Made by a program: the position numbers and the translations under genes | Part shown: piece by piece, positions 38,284-47,963 of the stretch | How positions within the stretch are numbered: position 1 is the stretch's first letter | Layout of the letters: each line of letters starts with the position of its first letter | NCBI GenBank assembly: GCA_040753215.1 | Contig: JBFMEZ010000029.1 | Coordinates: 1-64,000 of the forward strand | DNA length: 64,000 nt | Direction of reading: 5' to 3' | Source of the DNA: Candidatus Micrarchaeota archaeon | Lineage (GTDB): Archaea > Micrarchaeota > Micrarchaeia > Anstonellales > Bilamarchaeaceae | The notes under the pieces: generated by a model | Told to the model about the DNA's origin: nothing | Database searches by the model: none | Seen by the model: the letters and a program-made list of their open reading frames with translations, nothing else

Positions 38284-38982
38284 TCAAGCAATGCTAAATA
38301 TGCCAGAATTGACCTGTTTCCCACCGGTTGCCCTTTCCATCTGTTTTTTGGCTTCTTCCATCGCTCGAACCAGTAGTTCTATAGGGGTGCCGGCGGGGTG
38401 GTAAATCAGCATCAAAACTTCGCTGGTTTCTAGGGTTATGCAGGTCCTGCCAGAATCTGCGGTAGGCCCGCCAAATATCGAGTTGGAATCTATTGTCACG
38501 ATCCGGTTCTCGGCATTCATAGGCTTGCCACCTATCCCCGCATAAGTCTGGCCCGGACTGCCGATTGACACTGTCACGGTTTCCCCTTCTATTTTCCCGA
38601 TGTCGTAAACCCCGCAAGGGCATCCGGTCTGAAGTGATACTACATTGTTGATGTCAACAACGCTGTTCACCCGATAGATGCCTGAACCTCCAACTACCCT
38701 ACGCATAAGCGCTTCGCCGGATGGCCGCTCCTTGGTCGGGTCAAGCCCAACGCTTGAGAAAAGCGTACGAATTCCTTGTATAACCGAGTCGCCGGAAATC
38801 TTGGATGGATCCGCGAACCTTTCTCTCACCTTCCTGCATGCAGAATCAACCGCCTGGTCGACGAGCGGGTTCTTCTTTTGCACCTTAACCCCGGTAAAAC
38901 TCATGTGCCCCAGGTTAAGCCCCTTCAATCTTTCCCTTGCGCCCTCATCCACCTTAAAAGCCATTTGCCTCATCAGATTCAC
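38284..38982 (-). CDS. Stand-alone B3/4 domain protein (PheRS editing-domain family)
   Basis: DPTKERPSGEALMRR, VNSVVDINNVVSL, GVYD, GPTADS.RT. Confidence 0.88.
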   Translation of the reverse strand: MNLMRQMAFKVDEGARERLKGLNLGHMSFTGVKVQKKNPLVDQAVDSACRKVRERFADPSKISGDSVIQGIRTLFSSVGLDPTKERPSGEALMRRVVGGSGIYRVNSVVDINNVVSLQTGCPCGVYDIGKIEGETVTVSIGSPGQTYAGIGGKPMNAENRIVTIDSNSIFGGPTADSGRTCITLETSEVLMLIYHPAGTPIELLVRAMEEAKKQMERATGGKQVNSGIFSIA

Positions 38983-41588
38983 CTCAATCTCCCCACGTGC
39001 AGGACGCCGATCCCGCCAAACTCAATGCGCTCGTAATCATAACCTGCATCAACCATAAGCCTTGACACGACTTCAGGATGATATGCATATGACCACAGGC
39101 CATCATCCGAACTGAACAAAACCCCGTCGCGGGTCTCGTTCATGATTATGTTTTTGTATCCGCTATTTTTATAATACCACGACCGTGCCTCGTTTGCACG
39201 CAAATCTGTCCCATAGGTGAATACTGCTATGCCGACACCGGCTTTTCTTGCGGCATCGATTGTCTGTTCGGGCCTCGCAGGTATGTTGCCAAAACTATTG
39301 AAAGGGAAGCAAGCGACTATTCTAGACGCGCCGCCAGGAAACCTTTTTACAAATTCCGGCAGATTGAGAACGTCCTCGACATGTGCTTCGGCAGCCTGGC
39401 TACCATGCATGCGTTTGATTCTTGAGTTCAAGCCCTCAACCAAGCCCGGCACGATGTCAATCCCAACATATCTCTTTCTGGCATGCACCGCTTCATCAAG
39501 AAAGAAGCCGATATCCATACAGCCTACTTCAATCAATGCATCATACCTGCCGTCCAAAAGCAGCGTTTTTGCCAGCTCCAGCTCCGAAGAAAGGAAGTCC
39601 TTTATCCCCTCTGGGTAATTACGCTCATCCACCAGGCTAAGGCCAGCTCCGGAATAGAACTCACCCCGCGGAATAGATGGGGCTGGAAGGGCTGGACTTC
39701 GTCCAGGTATCCTTGCCTCGGCCCTTTGCATGTTTCTTGCGGCCCCCCATTTTGTAAAGGTCTCGTTGTGAATGAACCAAATGTCCTCTTCAGTCAATCT
39801 TGCCGGGATGACCCCGGGGAAGGCTTCCTCAAAAAATGAATAAGGAGGAAAAACTGGAGGTGCTGTGGTTTGCGTGAATGCTGTCCCTACATCCGCCTGT
39901 ACGCCATCCGCCAGGGTCAGCCTTGTAGCCGGGTGGTATGTTACTATGTTGGGGCTCGCTACTAGCAGGAGACCATCCTCGATCAGGGCGGCAGTCTCGT
40001 CTATTGTTTTCTGCATTGTCTGCCTTGTTTCTCCGGGCAGCCCGAACAACACCGATGAGCCGACCATTATGCCAGCATCCCTAGCAAGACCAAGGGCCAG
40101 CCTGACCTGCGCCAGCCAGTCTGAAAGTCCTGCCTTGCGCCTCTTGTCTATGCCTGACATGACCTCTTCTGCGAGGCTCTCTATGCCGATATATAAATAG
40201 GAACAGCCCGCGGAACGCAATCTGGGCAGCAGTTCCCGCGATGCATCCTGCCCATAGATACGGACAAGATGGTTCACCGTGAGCTGGGCGCCCCACTTGA
40301 TGCTAATACCTGCTCGCCTCATCTCAAGCATCGCTTCCAGCAACGAATTTATCCTGGCGAGGTTTCCGCCGCATAGCACCGGATCATCAAAGAAAAAAGC
40401 CTCGGCGCCGTATTTTGTGTATGACCGCAGAAGGCGTTCAAAGAATTTTGGATCCGAGGATGTTGTCATCCGACCAACTACGGAAGCTGACTCGGAGCAA
40501 TATATGCATCTGAACGGGCATGAGTGGGCAGTGTTTACGTGCGCGGTGAGTTTGGAGCGCCCATTGGAATCCTTGAACACAGGAAACCTGGCGCGTATCG
40601 CAAATGCATCGTATGGGAACGGAAGGTCCGCAAGGTCTGTAGCACCGCCACCAGTCATCACCGATTCCGAAGTTAAGCCATCAGCTAGGTAAGTTATCGC
40701 CGCGGACCCTTTGGCAATCTTTAAATCGTCCAAATTCTGAGACACGGCCGAAACAATCTGCTCTTTTGTCACGGATTTTGTTTCTATGTCCATGGCAACC
40801 GAGATGCATTTCATGAGAAAGTCAAGAGCATAGTACCCTTCCCCGGAAATAACAAAATCCACTACGTTAGGGACTTTCCCTTCTGCCATTGCGGCTATTA
40901 TGCTGCCAGGACCATGGGACACGGAACCGCCCTTCACCCGTATTGTTTCGTCTGCATGCCGCCCGCCGAGGATGATTATGGTTTCCGGAGCCATTTGTTT
41001 TATCATGCTGGAGATTTCTATTGCGTAAGGATGGGCAGGAGACACACTGCTTATCAACACGACTTTCGGGCGCACGCAGGCAAAAAGGCGCTCCAACAAT
41101 GCGCGGGAATCACTGTTCCATACCCTAGGGTCGAAAACAAGCTGGTCGGTATTTTGGCGTTGGCCCTCAAATTGAAACGGGGCTTGGGATTGCGAAGCGA
41201 TGATTTTCCGGTATTCCTCGTCTGGAAGCATGTCCCAAGCCGGGTAAATGTCATTGTAAGGTCCAACTCTAATCTCAGGAAATCCTGCGCGCGACCCCCG
41301 TTCATCTACTGTTTGGAGTACCTGACTGATAGGGTAGCTAAGCGCGGTGTACAGGCACATCGGATCACCCGGAAATTCTATCTTGCTATCTGCCGACGCC
41401 AGTGCCGGAGCAACAATAGAAAGAACCCGATAAGATGCTGGCTTCTCCGCTTTCGCCGCAGGGGTTAGGCAACTCTCCATGAGTTTATTCGCCAATTGCC
41501 GCCTTCTTAATAAGAGCATTTGCTTGTATTCGTCCCTGGTGAGATGGCCCAATCTATTTTGGAGTTTTCTTAGGACAGCATGCATCAA
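38979..41588 (-). CDS. Putative B12-binding radical SAM protein fused to a C-terminal class I SAM methyltransferase-like domain
   Basis: IILGGRHA, DFVISGEG, CPFRCIYC, YIGIES, FGLPGET; C-terminal IEVGC...YVGIDI...PFNSFGN. Confidence 0.85.
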   Translation of the reverse strand: MMHAVLRKLQNRLGHLTRDEYKQMLLLRRRQLANKLMESCLTPAAKAEKPASYRVLSIVAPALASADSKIEFPGDPMCLYTALSYPISQVLQTVDERGSRAGFPEIRVGPYNDIYPAWDMLPDEEYRKIIASQSQAPFQFEGQRQNTDQLVFDPRVWNSDSRALLERLFACVRPKVVLISSVSPAHPYAIEISSMIKQMAPETIIILGGRHADETIRVKGGSVSHGPGSIIAAMAEGKVPNVVDFVISGEGYYALDFLMKCISVAMDIETKSVTKEQIVSAVSQNLDDLKIAKGSAAITYLADGLTSESVMTGGGATDLADLPFPYDAFAIRARFPVFKDSNGRSKLTAHVNTAHSCPFRCIYCSESASVVGRMTTSSDPKFFERLLRSYTKYGAEAFFFDDPVLCGGNLARINSLLEAMLEMRRAGISIKWGAQLTVNHLVRIYGQDASRELLPRLRSAGCSYLYIGIESLAEEVMSGIDKRRKAGLSDWLAQVRLALGLARDAGIMVGSSVLFGLPGETRQTMQKTIDETAALIEDGLLLVASPNIVTYHPATRLTLADGVQADVGTAFTQTTAPPVFPPYSFFEEAFPGVIPARLTEEDIWFIHNETFTKWGAARNMQRAEARIPGRSPALPAPSIPRGEFYSGAGLSLVDERNYPEGIKDFLSSELELAKTLLLDGRYDALIEVGCMDIGFFLDEAVHARKRYVGIDIVPGLVEGLNSRIKRMHGSQAAEAHVEDVLNLPEFVKRFPGGASRIVACFPFNSFGNIPARPEQTIDAARKAGVGIAVFTYGTDLRANEARSWYYKNSGYKNIIMNETRDGVLFSSDDGLWSYAYHPEVVSRLMVDAGYDYERIEFGGIGVLHVGRLR

Positions 41589-41621
41589 TTAATATTATGT
41601 GTTGGGATATCCTTAAAAATA

Positions 41622-42524
41622 GGCGATTATAAACGAAATGCCACCGATTTTACCGGTCTTACAAGGTACTTTGCAAGCATCATGAATATATCGCTTTCGC
41701 GTTCGTTGTAGCGGAACTGCAGTTCCTTCAGATACAACGGAAATTTGTGTGGAGACACACCGTGATGCTTGATCAAGCGCTCCTTTGCAAAGGCCCAGAA
41801 ACCCTCCAATCCATTGATGTGCACCTTGCCCCTGACAAAGTGCTTGGAATGATTCACGCGCAAATGCTTGTAGCCGCAGAACATCAATGAATCATAACCC
41901 TTGTACTTATCAGTGTAAACGATGCTTCCGCGCCTCACTTTCCGTATTGTTGAATGGATCAGGGTTGTTGCCTGCACATTAGGTACGGCCTGGACAGAAA
42001 CCCTCCCCCCTCTCTCTCGAGAATTCCAAAGACTGGCACCTTTCCGGCTGCTCCCCTGCCACGCCTCCCTTTCCTCTTTCCTCCAAAATAGGATTCGTCC
42101 AATTCAACTGGCCCTTTGATATATGGATCCTTATGGAAAAGGACAATGCAGCGCCTTATGGTATCAATAGCCCGCAAGGCTGCCGGATAACTGATTCCAA
42201 GCTCCCTGGCTATCCTGTTTGTGCTCACTTCTAATGTGAAAAGCTTCAAAGCCCAGAGCCACTGTTTTGATGTGAGCCTGGCCTTGGAAAGCCAGCGGTT
42301 TGTGAACTCCCCAAAGTCGGATTTGCAGCGCCTGCAGCGGTACCGACCGCTGCCCAAGCGGTACGGATTTCTGCGCCCGCAAAGCGTGCAGAAAATATGC
42401 GTGTTTTTTCGACACAACTTCTTCCAAAACCGAAGCGAGGTTTTTTCGTTTTTTACGACGCGCTCGAACTTTCCAATCTCCATCGATACCACCAATTTCT
42501 GGTGGCAAACGGTTTATAATTCCC
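41622..42524 (-). mobile_element. IS1595 family element
   Basis: IRs GGCGATTATAAACGAAATGCCACC / GGTGGCAAACGGTTTATAATTCCC. Confidence 0.88.
41627..42483 (-). pseudogene. IS1595 transposase, frameshifted at a (GA)n/G-run near 42001-42021
   Basis: Zn finger, ELDESYFGG, RGRGAAGK in one frame; YTD, HINGLEGFW, YLKE..FRYN in another. Confidence 0.88.
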
Positions 42525-42529
42525 TAACA

Positions 42530-43570
42530 TTAGTAAACTATCTCCTTCATCTTTTTCTTCTTGAACGCTTCCTTCAGTTCCCGTGCAATCCTTCTCCCCG
42601 TGCTTACATGTTCCCCGTGCGTAAACTCCGCATAAGGATGATATAGTATATTGGTCCCCGCCACAATCCTCGCAGAAATCTCAAACGCATAAATATCCAG
42701 ATCCTCGGTCACAATCGTCTCCACGCAGAAAGGCCCGTGCATCCCCCCGAACAGTTCCTTCGAAGTATTGCACACATTCCTCCCAATCTCCATCATCGGC
42801 GGCAGCAGTGATTCCCTCATCACCATGCTCGCATTCCCCATCACAGTAAAAGACAACGGAACCTCCCCTCCCGCCGCCACAGCCCTCGCAATCTCATCCG
42901 CATTGCTCTCCACCCTCCTGTCCAGCCCCATCAGCTCCACGCGCCCATACGAGGTCCTGAAACCCGCCTCCGAGAATGCTGAATGGAAATAATGCGGATA
43001 AGCCCTTACCCCCACAATAAATTCCTGGATAAGCGCCTTCCTCTTCCCTATCTTCTCCCGATAGTCCTTCTCGCTCTTCACAATCATGTACCCCATGCCG
43101 CCCTTTGCTCCCGGGAATTTCACAATCGCAAGCCCATCTATTTCCTCCGGCTTCATCACCCTCGGAACCCTCAGCCCCGCCTTCTCCATCCACCCGAACA
43201 TCTTCATGCGGTCTCTTTCAAACTGCAGGCTCCTCCTGTTCCCGAAGACCGGCACCGCCATCTTATCCAGCCTCTCGCCCACATACTCCACAAATGAGCC
43301 GTGCGGCACGACCACCGCCTCCCTCGCCACCAGCTCCCCCGCCGGCACATCTGCCAAAGAATCCACTATAAGAAACTCATCCGGCCTCGCATAGGGAAAA
43401 GATTCGTAGAATTCCATCCTGTCCTTCGTGCATATCCCTATTGAATGCACCTTCTCCTGCCTCGCGCCCTGGAATATCTGCAAGGCGGAATGCGAACACA
43501 CAGTCGCAATGCTCAATTTCTTATAATTAGATAGTATTCCCTCTATTTTGCTTTTCTCTACTATTCCCAT
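42530..43570 (-). CDS. purP: Formate-dependent FAICAR synthetase (PurP family)
   Basis: SHSALQI, PHGSFVEY, RESLL, FEISARIVAGTN, GRRIARE. Confidence 0.93.
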   Translation of the reverse strand: MGIVEKSKIEGILSNYKKLSIATVCSHSALQIFQGARQEKVHSIGICTKDRMEFYESFPYARPDEFLIVDSLADVPAGELVAREAVVVPHGSFVEYVGERLDKMAVPVFGNRRSLQFERDRMKMFGWMEKAGLRVPRVMKPEEIDGLAIVKFPGAKGGMGYMIVKSEKDYREKIGKRKALIQEFIVGVRAYPHYFHSAFSEAGFRTSYGRVELMGLDRRVESNADEIARAVAAGGEVPLSFTVMGNASMVMRESLLPPMMEIGRNVCNTSKELFGGMHGPFCVETIVTEDLDIYAFEISARIVAGTNILYHPYAEFTHGEHVSTGRRIARELKEAFKKKKMKEIVY

Positions 43571-43653
43571 ATAACTAATGGAGGGAGAAAATATAAAAAG
43601 CAAAGTGCTTCCACATACATATATTTTTAAACACTTTTCCACAAAATTCTCTT

Positions 43654-44328
43654 ATGGCACCCCCCGCCAAAATATTGGTATTCGACACTGCAGACACCAT
43701 GGAGCCGGCGCGCCCCTTCGACACAGCCCGCCTTCCCGGCAAAGCAGGCCGCAAGCCCGCCCCGGATGGGATAAAATCAAACCGCGACCTTTTCTACGAA
43801 GACCAGTGCTCGGCCCACCTCGTCCGCTTTTACGACAGCACCCGCGTTCTCTCCGAGAGGATGAAGGACGCTTTTGGCATAAGCTCATGCCTCCCGAAGA
43901 CAAGCAATGAAGACCTTGCTGAGGAATGCATCCTTGCGCTCTCGGAAACTATGCAGGACGATTCCGAGCACCCCTCACTCCGGATGGCCTGCGCAATTGC
44001 CATCGGCTCATCCGGAATAGAGCACCTGGCTACAATCATGGAAAGAGTCCTAAAATCCGATTCGTCCATTCCCTCCAAAATACTCGCTCTCAAGGCGCTC
44101 TCCATCGCAAGGACCGAAGAAGCCCTGCAACTCCTCACAATAGTAGCAAAATACGGCGACGTGGATGAGGTCTGCTTCGCAGCAGCGAAGGAGCTCGCCT
44201 CCCTCCCCCTCTACCAGGCACGAAAGGCCGCGGAATCCATCCTGGACTCCCTTCCCGAAGCCTACATCCGCCATCCCGAATTCGCTGCAGAACTCCGCAG
44301 GCTTCTGGCTGAAAGCCCGATAAACTGA
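43654..44328 (+). CDS. HEAT-repeat-like hypothetical protein
   Basis: Helical repeats (LRMACAIAIG, KILALKALS, CFAAAKELA). Confidence 0.7.
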   Translation: MAPPAKILVFDTADTMEPARPFDTARLPGKAGRKPAPDGIKSNRDLFYEDQCSAHLVRFYDSTRVLSERMKDAFGISSCLPKTSNEDLAEECILALSETMQDDSEHPSLRMACAIAIGSSGIEHLATIMERVLKSDSSIPSKILALKALSIARTEEALQLLTIVAKYGDVDEVCFAAAKELASLPLYQARKAAESILDSLPEAYIRHPEFAAELRRLLAESPIN

Positions 44329-44403
44329 TGTGTTTGATTCAGGTTAATTCAACAAAATACACGTTACATAACTTTATAAATCCTATCACAGGAAAATATC
44401 CTT

Positions 44404-45645
44404 ATGGCAGATAGTAAACCAGGATCCGGAGCGCCAAGAATAGGCTTATTCCTGGAGCAAAGGCCAGTCCCGCAACATGGGCAAAGGCAGGTGATGGAAC
44501 CTAGGCTCGAATTCGTGAGGGAGCATCCCTTGCTGGAGCTCACGGCTTTCTACGACAGGGCGAACAAGATAACGGTTGCCCTCACTGACCCGAAGACCGG
44601 AAAGAGCGCACAAACCGATTTCGTGGTCGCACCCAGCCGCCTCCTAGACTACGTAAAGGGAGGCGAGCCCTACGGTGTGAGCGTAGCAGACATGATTTTC
44701 GTTTCGGACAGGACTCCAGAAAAATTCATCCCGCTGGTGGTATTTAAGCTCTTCATGGAAAGGTTCGTGGACCCCGGGCTGGATGAAACCGGCAGGGCAA
44801 AACACCTCAAGGCCGCATTTGATGCAATACGCCTTGCCCCGTTCGCAGGCCTTAGCCTCAGTGAGATGGCTGAATTCATAAACATACTCATAGCGCACGA
44901 TCCGAGCGGAGTGATAAAAGCGGACCCTATAGTCCAGAAATACCTTGGCATACCTCCGTGGCGCGTCCCCGAGAGGGCAAAATACCTTGAGGCCCACCAC
45001 GCCCACTGGAGAGTCAGGCATTCCAGAGAGTTTGCGGCCCTTCTCTCCACCTTCAACTGCGAGCGCATGTTCAGGGACTTCCACGTTTCCAAGGCAGACC
45101 TCGTCCTCTTCAATGCCACCCATGCTAACCCCTACCTCCTCGGCGCATTCATAAGGAGGGCTTCCACGATCCCACTCGGAATGCCTTTTGTTGTTGACGA
45201 GGCGATGAGCGCACCCGCCTATGCGCTCACAGAAGGCGAATGTGGCGTGGACCTGATAAGGTTCATTGAGGGGCGGCCTGACCGCACCAATGTTGTTATA
45301 CGTTATGGCGGCGAGTTCGCTACGGAGAGAACGTGGACCGCCCTCGTTACCAGGGTAGAAACAGGGCTCCTTCTCCTGGAGCGCAGGATAGACGAAAGGG
45401 TGGCACAGCTCCAAGGCAGGGTGAAAGCGGTCACAGACCAAATCGAAAAGGCGAGAAAAGATATCGCAGCAGCAAAGGAGCAGCTTGCAACGGTCTATCA
45501 TATCCCGCAAGACTTCGCTGCCCGTTTCGCCCACCTCGGGGAGTCCTCCCGCGCACTCATCGGCAATGCAGCCAAGTCGCTGGTTGCGCTTGGCGAGGAG
45601 CTCTCCACAGCCGAGCAGCTTAAAGCCGCAATCGGCGCGAAGTAA
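44404..45645 (+). CDS. Hypothetical protein with C-terminal coiled coil
   Basis: 413-aa ORF; TTTATAAA box upstream; T-rich tract after the stop. Confidence 0.75.
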   Translation: MADSKPGSGAPRIGLFLEQRPVPQHGQRQVMEPRLEFVREHPLLELTAFYDRANKITVALTDPKTGKSAQTDFVVAPSRLLDYVKGGEPYGVSVADMIFVSDRTPEKFIPLVVFKLFMERFVDPGLDETGRAKHLKAAFDAIRLAPFAGLSLSEMAEFINILIAHDPSGVIKADPIVQKYLGIPPWRVPERAKYLEAHHAHWRVRHSREFAALLSTFNCERMFRDFHVSKADLVLFNATHANPYLLGAFIRRASTIPLGMPFVVDEAMSAPAYALTEGECGVDLIRFIEGRPDRTNVVIRYGGEFATERTWTALVTRVETGLLLLERRIDERVAQLQGRVKAVTDQIEKARKDIAAAKEQLATVYHIPQDFAARFAHLGESSRALIGNAAKSLVALGEELSTAEQLKAAIGAK

Positions 45646-45797
45646 TCCTTTTCTTTTTCCTTTTCGCGTTCTATCCCATTTAAAAATCCTTCTTCCAATA
45701 TTCTCTCTACCTTATTCGGCAATTCAGAAGTGCTCTTGCACTCACCTGGATTGCTCACGGCGTCCCCTCCGCAGGGGCTACGCAAAAGGGTAATCAT

Positions 45798-46733
45798 ATG
45801 ACGGACATACATAAGCCCAGGCGAGGCTCACTCGCGTTCAGGCCGAGGAAGAGGGCGTCCTCCCAGATGCCTTCCGTGAATTTCTGGCCCGCAAGCACAG
45901 ACGTGAGGCTGCTCGGCGCCGCCGGCTACAAGGCCGGGATGGCGCAGCTCTGCCACATAGACGACAGCGAGAACGTAACCAAGGGGCAGGAAATCACCTC
46001 CGCTGTGACCGTTGTTGAGATGCCGCCCATGTACGTATACGGTTTCCGCGGGTATAAAGGGACGCGCAACATAACTGACATCCTCGTCCAGGATGAAAAC
46101 ATCCTCAAAAAGCTCGGGATAAAAAAGAAATCCTCCCGCGAGCTCTCCCCCGAATCCGTTGATGAAATCTCCCTTCTCGTTTTCACGCAGCCGGAAAAGA
46201 CCGGCATAGGCAAGAAGCACCCCGAGCGGATGGAAATCCGCATCGGCGGCCCGGATTCAAAGGCGAAAATCGATTTCGCAAAAAACCTTCTCGGAAAAGA
46301 GCTCTCCCCAAAAGACATATTCAAGCCCGGCGAATACGTGGACGTAATCTCCATAACAAAAGGCAAGGGATGGCAGGGCGCGATAAAGAGGTTCGGCGTT
46401 GACAAGCAGAGGCCCAAATCCACGGGCCGCGTGCGCCATGTAGGGACCCTCGGACAGTGGCACCCCGCCTACATCCTCTACACCGCCCCGCGCGCAGGCC
46501 AGATGGGCTACCACAAGCGCACCGAGCTGAACAAGCGCATCCTGCGCATAGGCGAGAACGTTGATGAGATAAACCCCAAGGGCGGCTTCCCGCACTACGG
46601 GTTCGTGAAGAACCACTATGTCCTGATAAAAGGTTCTGTCCCCGGCCCGGTGAAGAGGCTCATCCGCCTCCGTGTCGGCACAAGGGCGCCGGCAACAATG
46701 GAGCCGAAGATTACCCAGCTATTGCAGGTGTGA
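45798..46733 (+). CDS. rpl3: 50S ribosomal protein L3
   Basis: PRRGSLAFRPRKRA, GYKAGM, TKGKGWQG, GQMGYH. Confidence 0.97.
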   Translation: MTDIHKPRRGSLAFRPRKRASSQMPSVNFWPASTDVRLLGAAGYKAGMAQLCHIDDSENVTKGQEITSAVTVVEMPPMYVYGFRGYKGTRNITDILVQDENILKKLGIKKKSSRELSPESVDEISLLVFTQPEKTGIGKKHPERMEIRIGGPDSKAKIDFAKNLLGKELSPKDIFKPGEYVDVISITKGKGWQGAIKRFGVDKQRPKSTGRVRHVGTLGQWHPAYILYTAPRAGQMGYHKRTELNKRILRIGENVDEINPKGGFPHYGFVKNHYVLIKGSVPGPVKRLIRLRVGTRAPATMEPKITQLLQV

Positions 46734-46736
46734 AAG

Positions 46737-47519
46737 ATGAAAGCGAAGATTTTCTCTCTTGAAGGCGTTTCTGCGAAAACGGCCGAGCTCCCTCCCCAGT
46801 TCTCCGAAGAGATAAGGGAGGAGATAATCCGCCGCGCGGTCCTGAGCGACGAGACGAAGCTCTACCAGCCTCAGGGCAGCTTCTACAAGGCGGGCTTCCA
46901 GACCTCAGCCCGCTACCGCGGGAGGAAGGAGGATTACGGCTCTTTGAAGAACCGCGGCCAGGCCCGCCTCCCAAGGGAAGTCCGCCCCAAGGGAAACTGG
47001 GGAAAGGTCCGCAGGATTCCTTCCTCGCTAAAGGGCCACAGGGCACACCCGCCCAAGGTTGAAAAGAGAATAGTCGAGCTTGTAAACAGGAAAGAATACA
47101 AAAAAGCGCTCAGGAGCGCGCTCGCCGCAACCGCCAGCCCCGCGCTCGCCCGCGCCCGCGGCCACCTCTTTGACTGCGAGCTACCCCTGGTTTTCGAGAA
47201 TAAGCTCGAATCCCTTTCCAAGACGAAGGAAGTCCTCTCCGCCCTTGAGAAGCTCGCGGGGAAGGACCTGGAGCGCGCCCGCTCCAGCCGCAAGCCAAGG
47301 AGCGGAACACGCTCCCGCAAGGCAGGCACGCGCACCGCAAAGTCCCTCCTCCTCGTTGTTTCCGGAGGCAGCATCCTCAAATCCGCCCGGAACATACCCG
47401 GAGTGGATGTTGTGCAGGCGGAAAAGCTCCGCGTGAAGGACCTCGCCCCGGGCACCCACCCCGGAAGGTTCACCCTCTACACGGAAAATGCCCTGAAGAA
47501 GATACATGAGGTGTTATGA
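46737..47519 (+). CDS. rpl4: 50S ribosomal protein L4
   Basis: GHRAHPPK, ARNIPGVDV, LAPGTHPGR. Confidence 0.97.
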   Translation: MKAKIFSLEGVSAKTAELPPQFSEEIREEIIRRAVLSDETKLYQPQGSFYKAGFQTSARYRGRKEDYGSLKNRGQARLPREVRPKGNWGKVRRIPSSLKGHRAHPPKVEKRIVELVNRKEYKKALRSALAATASPALARARGHLFDCELPLVFENKLESLSKTKEVLSALEKLAGKDLERARSSRKPRSGTRSRKAGTRTAKSLLLVVSGGSILKSARNIPGVDVVQAEKLRVKDLAPGTHPGRFTLYTENALKKIHEVL

Positions 47520-47537
47520 TGATACTCGAAGCCCCCA

Positions 47538-47701
47538 CTCCTTTTTTCTCGCTCCACCTCGCCCAAGGCTCGGTTCCGCTCTGCATACACATAGGCAAAA
47601 AGGAGACCAAAAACCTCTGGCATGCTTCCTATCACCCCCTTCGCTTCGTGCCCCACAAAAAACGCGGAGGGAAATATACTCACAGAAAATGCGTAATCCG
47701 G
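47538..47701 (-). repeat. Composite insert (family A element at 47538-47617 plus AAAAAACGCGG at 47657) between exact 30-bp direct repeats of the rpl23 start
   Basis: GAGGTGTTATGATGATACTCGAAGCCCCCA at 47508-47537 and 47702-47731. Confidence 0.9.
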
Positions 47702-47709
47702 GAGGTGTT

Positions 47710-47961
47710 ATGATGATACTCGAAGCCCCCATAAAGACCGAAAAAGCAATAGGAAGGATAGAGTTCGAGAACACAATCACATTCCGCGTCTCTTCCGGCT
47801 CGACCAAGGGCGGCGTGAAATCCGAAGTGGAAAAGCTTTTCGGGGTGAAGGTCGCAGGGGTGCGCACGTACACCACCCCCACCGGCGAGAAGAGGGCTGT
47901 CGTGCGCCTCGCTGAGGGCTTCAAGGCGGAGGACATCTCCTCCAAGCTAAAGATGGTGTGA
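47710..47961 (+). CDS. rpl23: 50S ribosomal protein L23
   Basis: PIKTEKA...VEKLFGVKV...GEKRAVVRL. Confidence 0.95.
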   Translation: MMILEAPIKTEKAIGRIEFENTITFRVSSGSTKGGVKSEVEKLFGVKVAGVRTYTTPTGEKRAVVRLAEGFKAEDISSKLKMV

Positions 47962-47963
47962 TT

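Noticed and set aside
35396..42524. Composite transposon
   Set aside because: The bounding IS elements belong to different families and share no flanking duplication, so it is reported only as an IS-bounded island.
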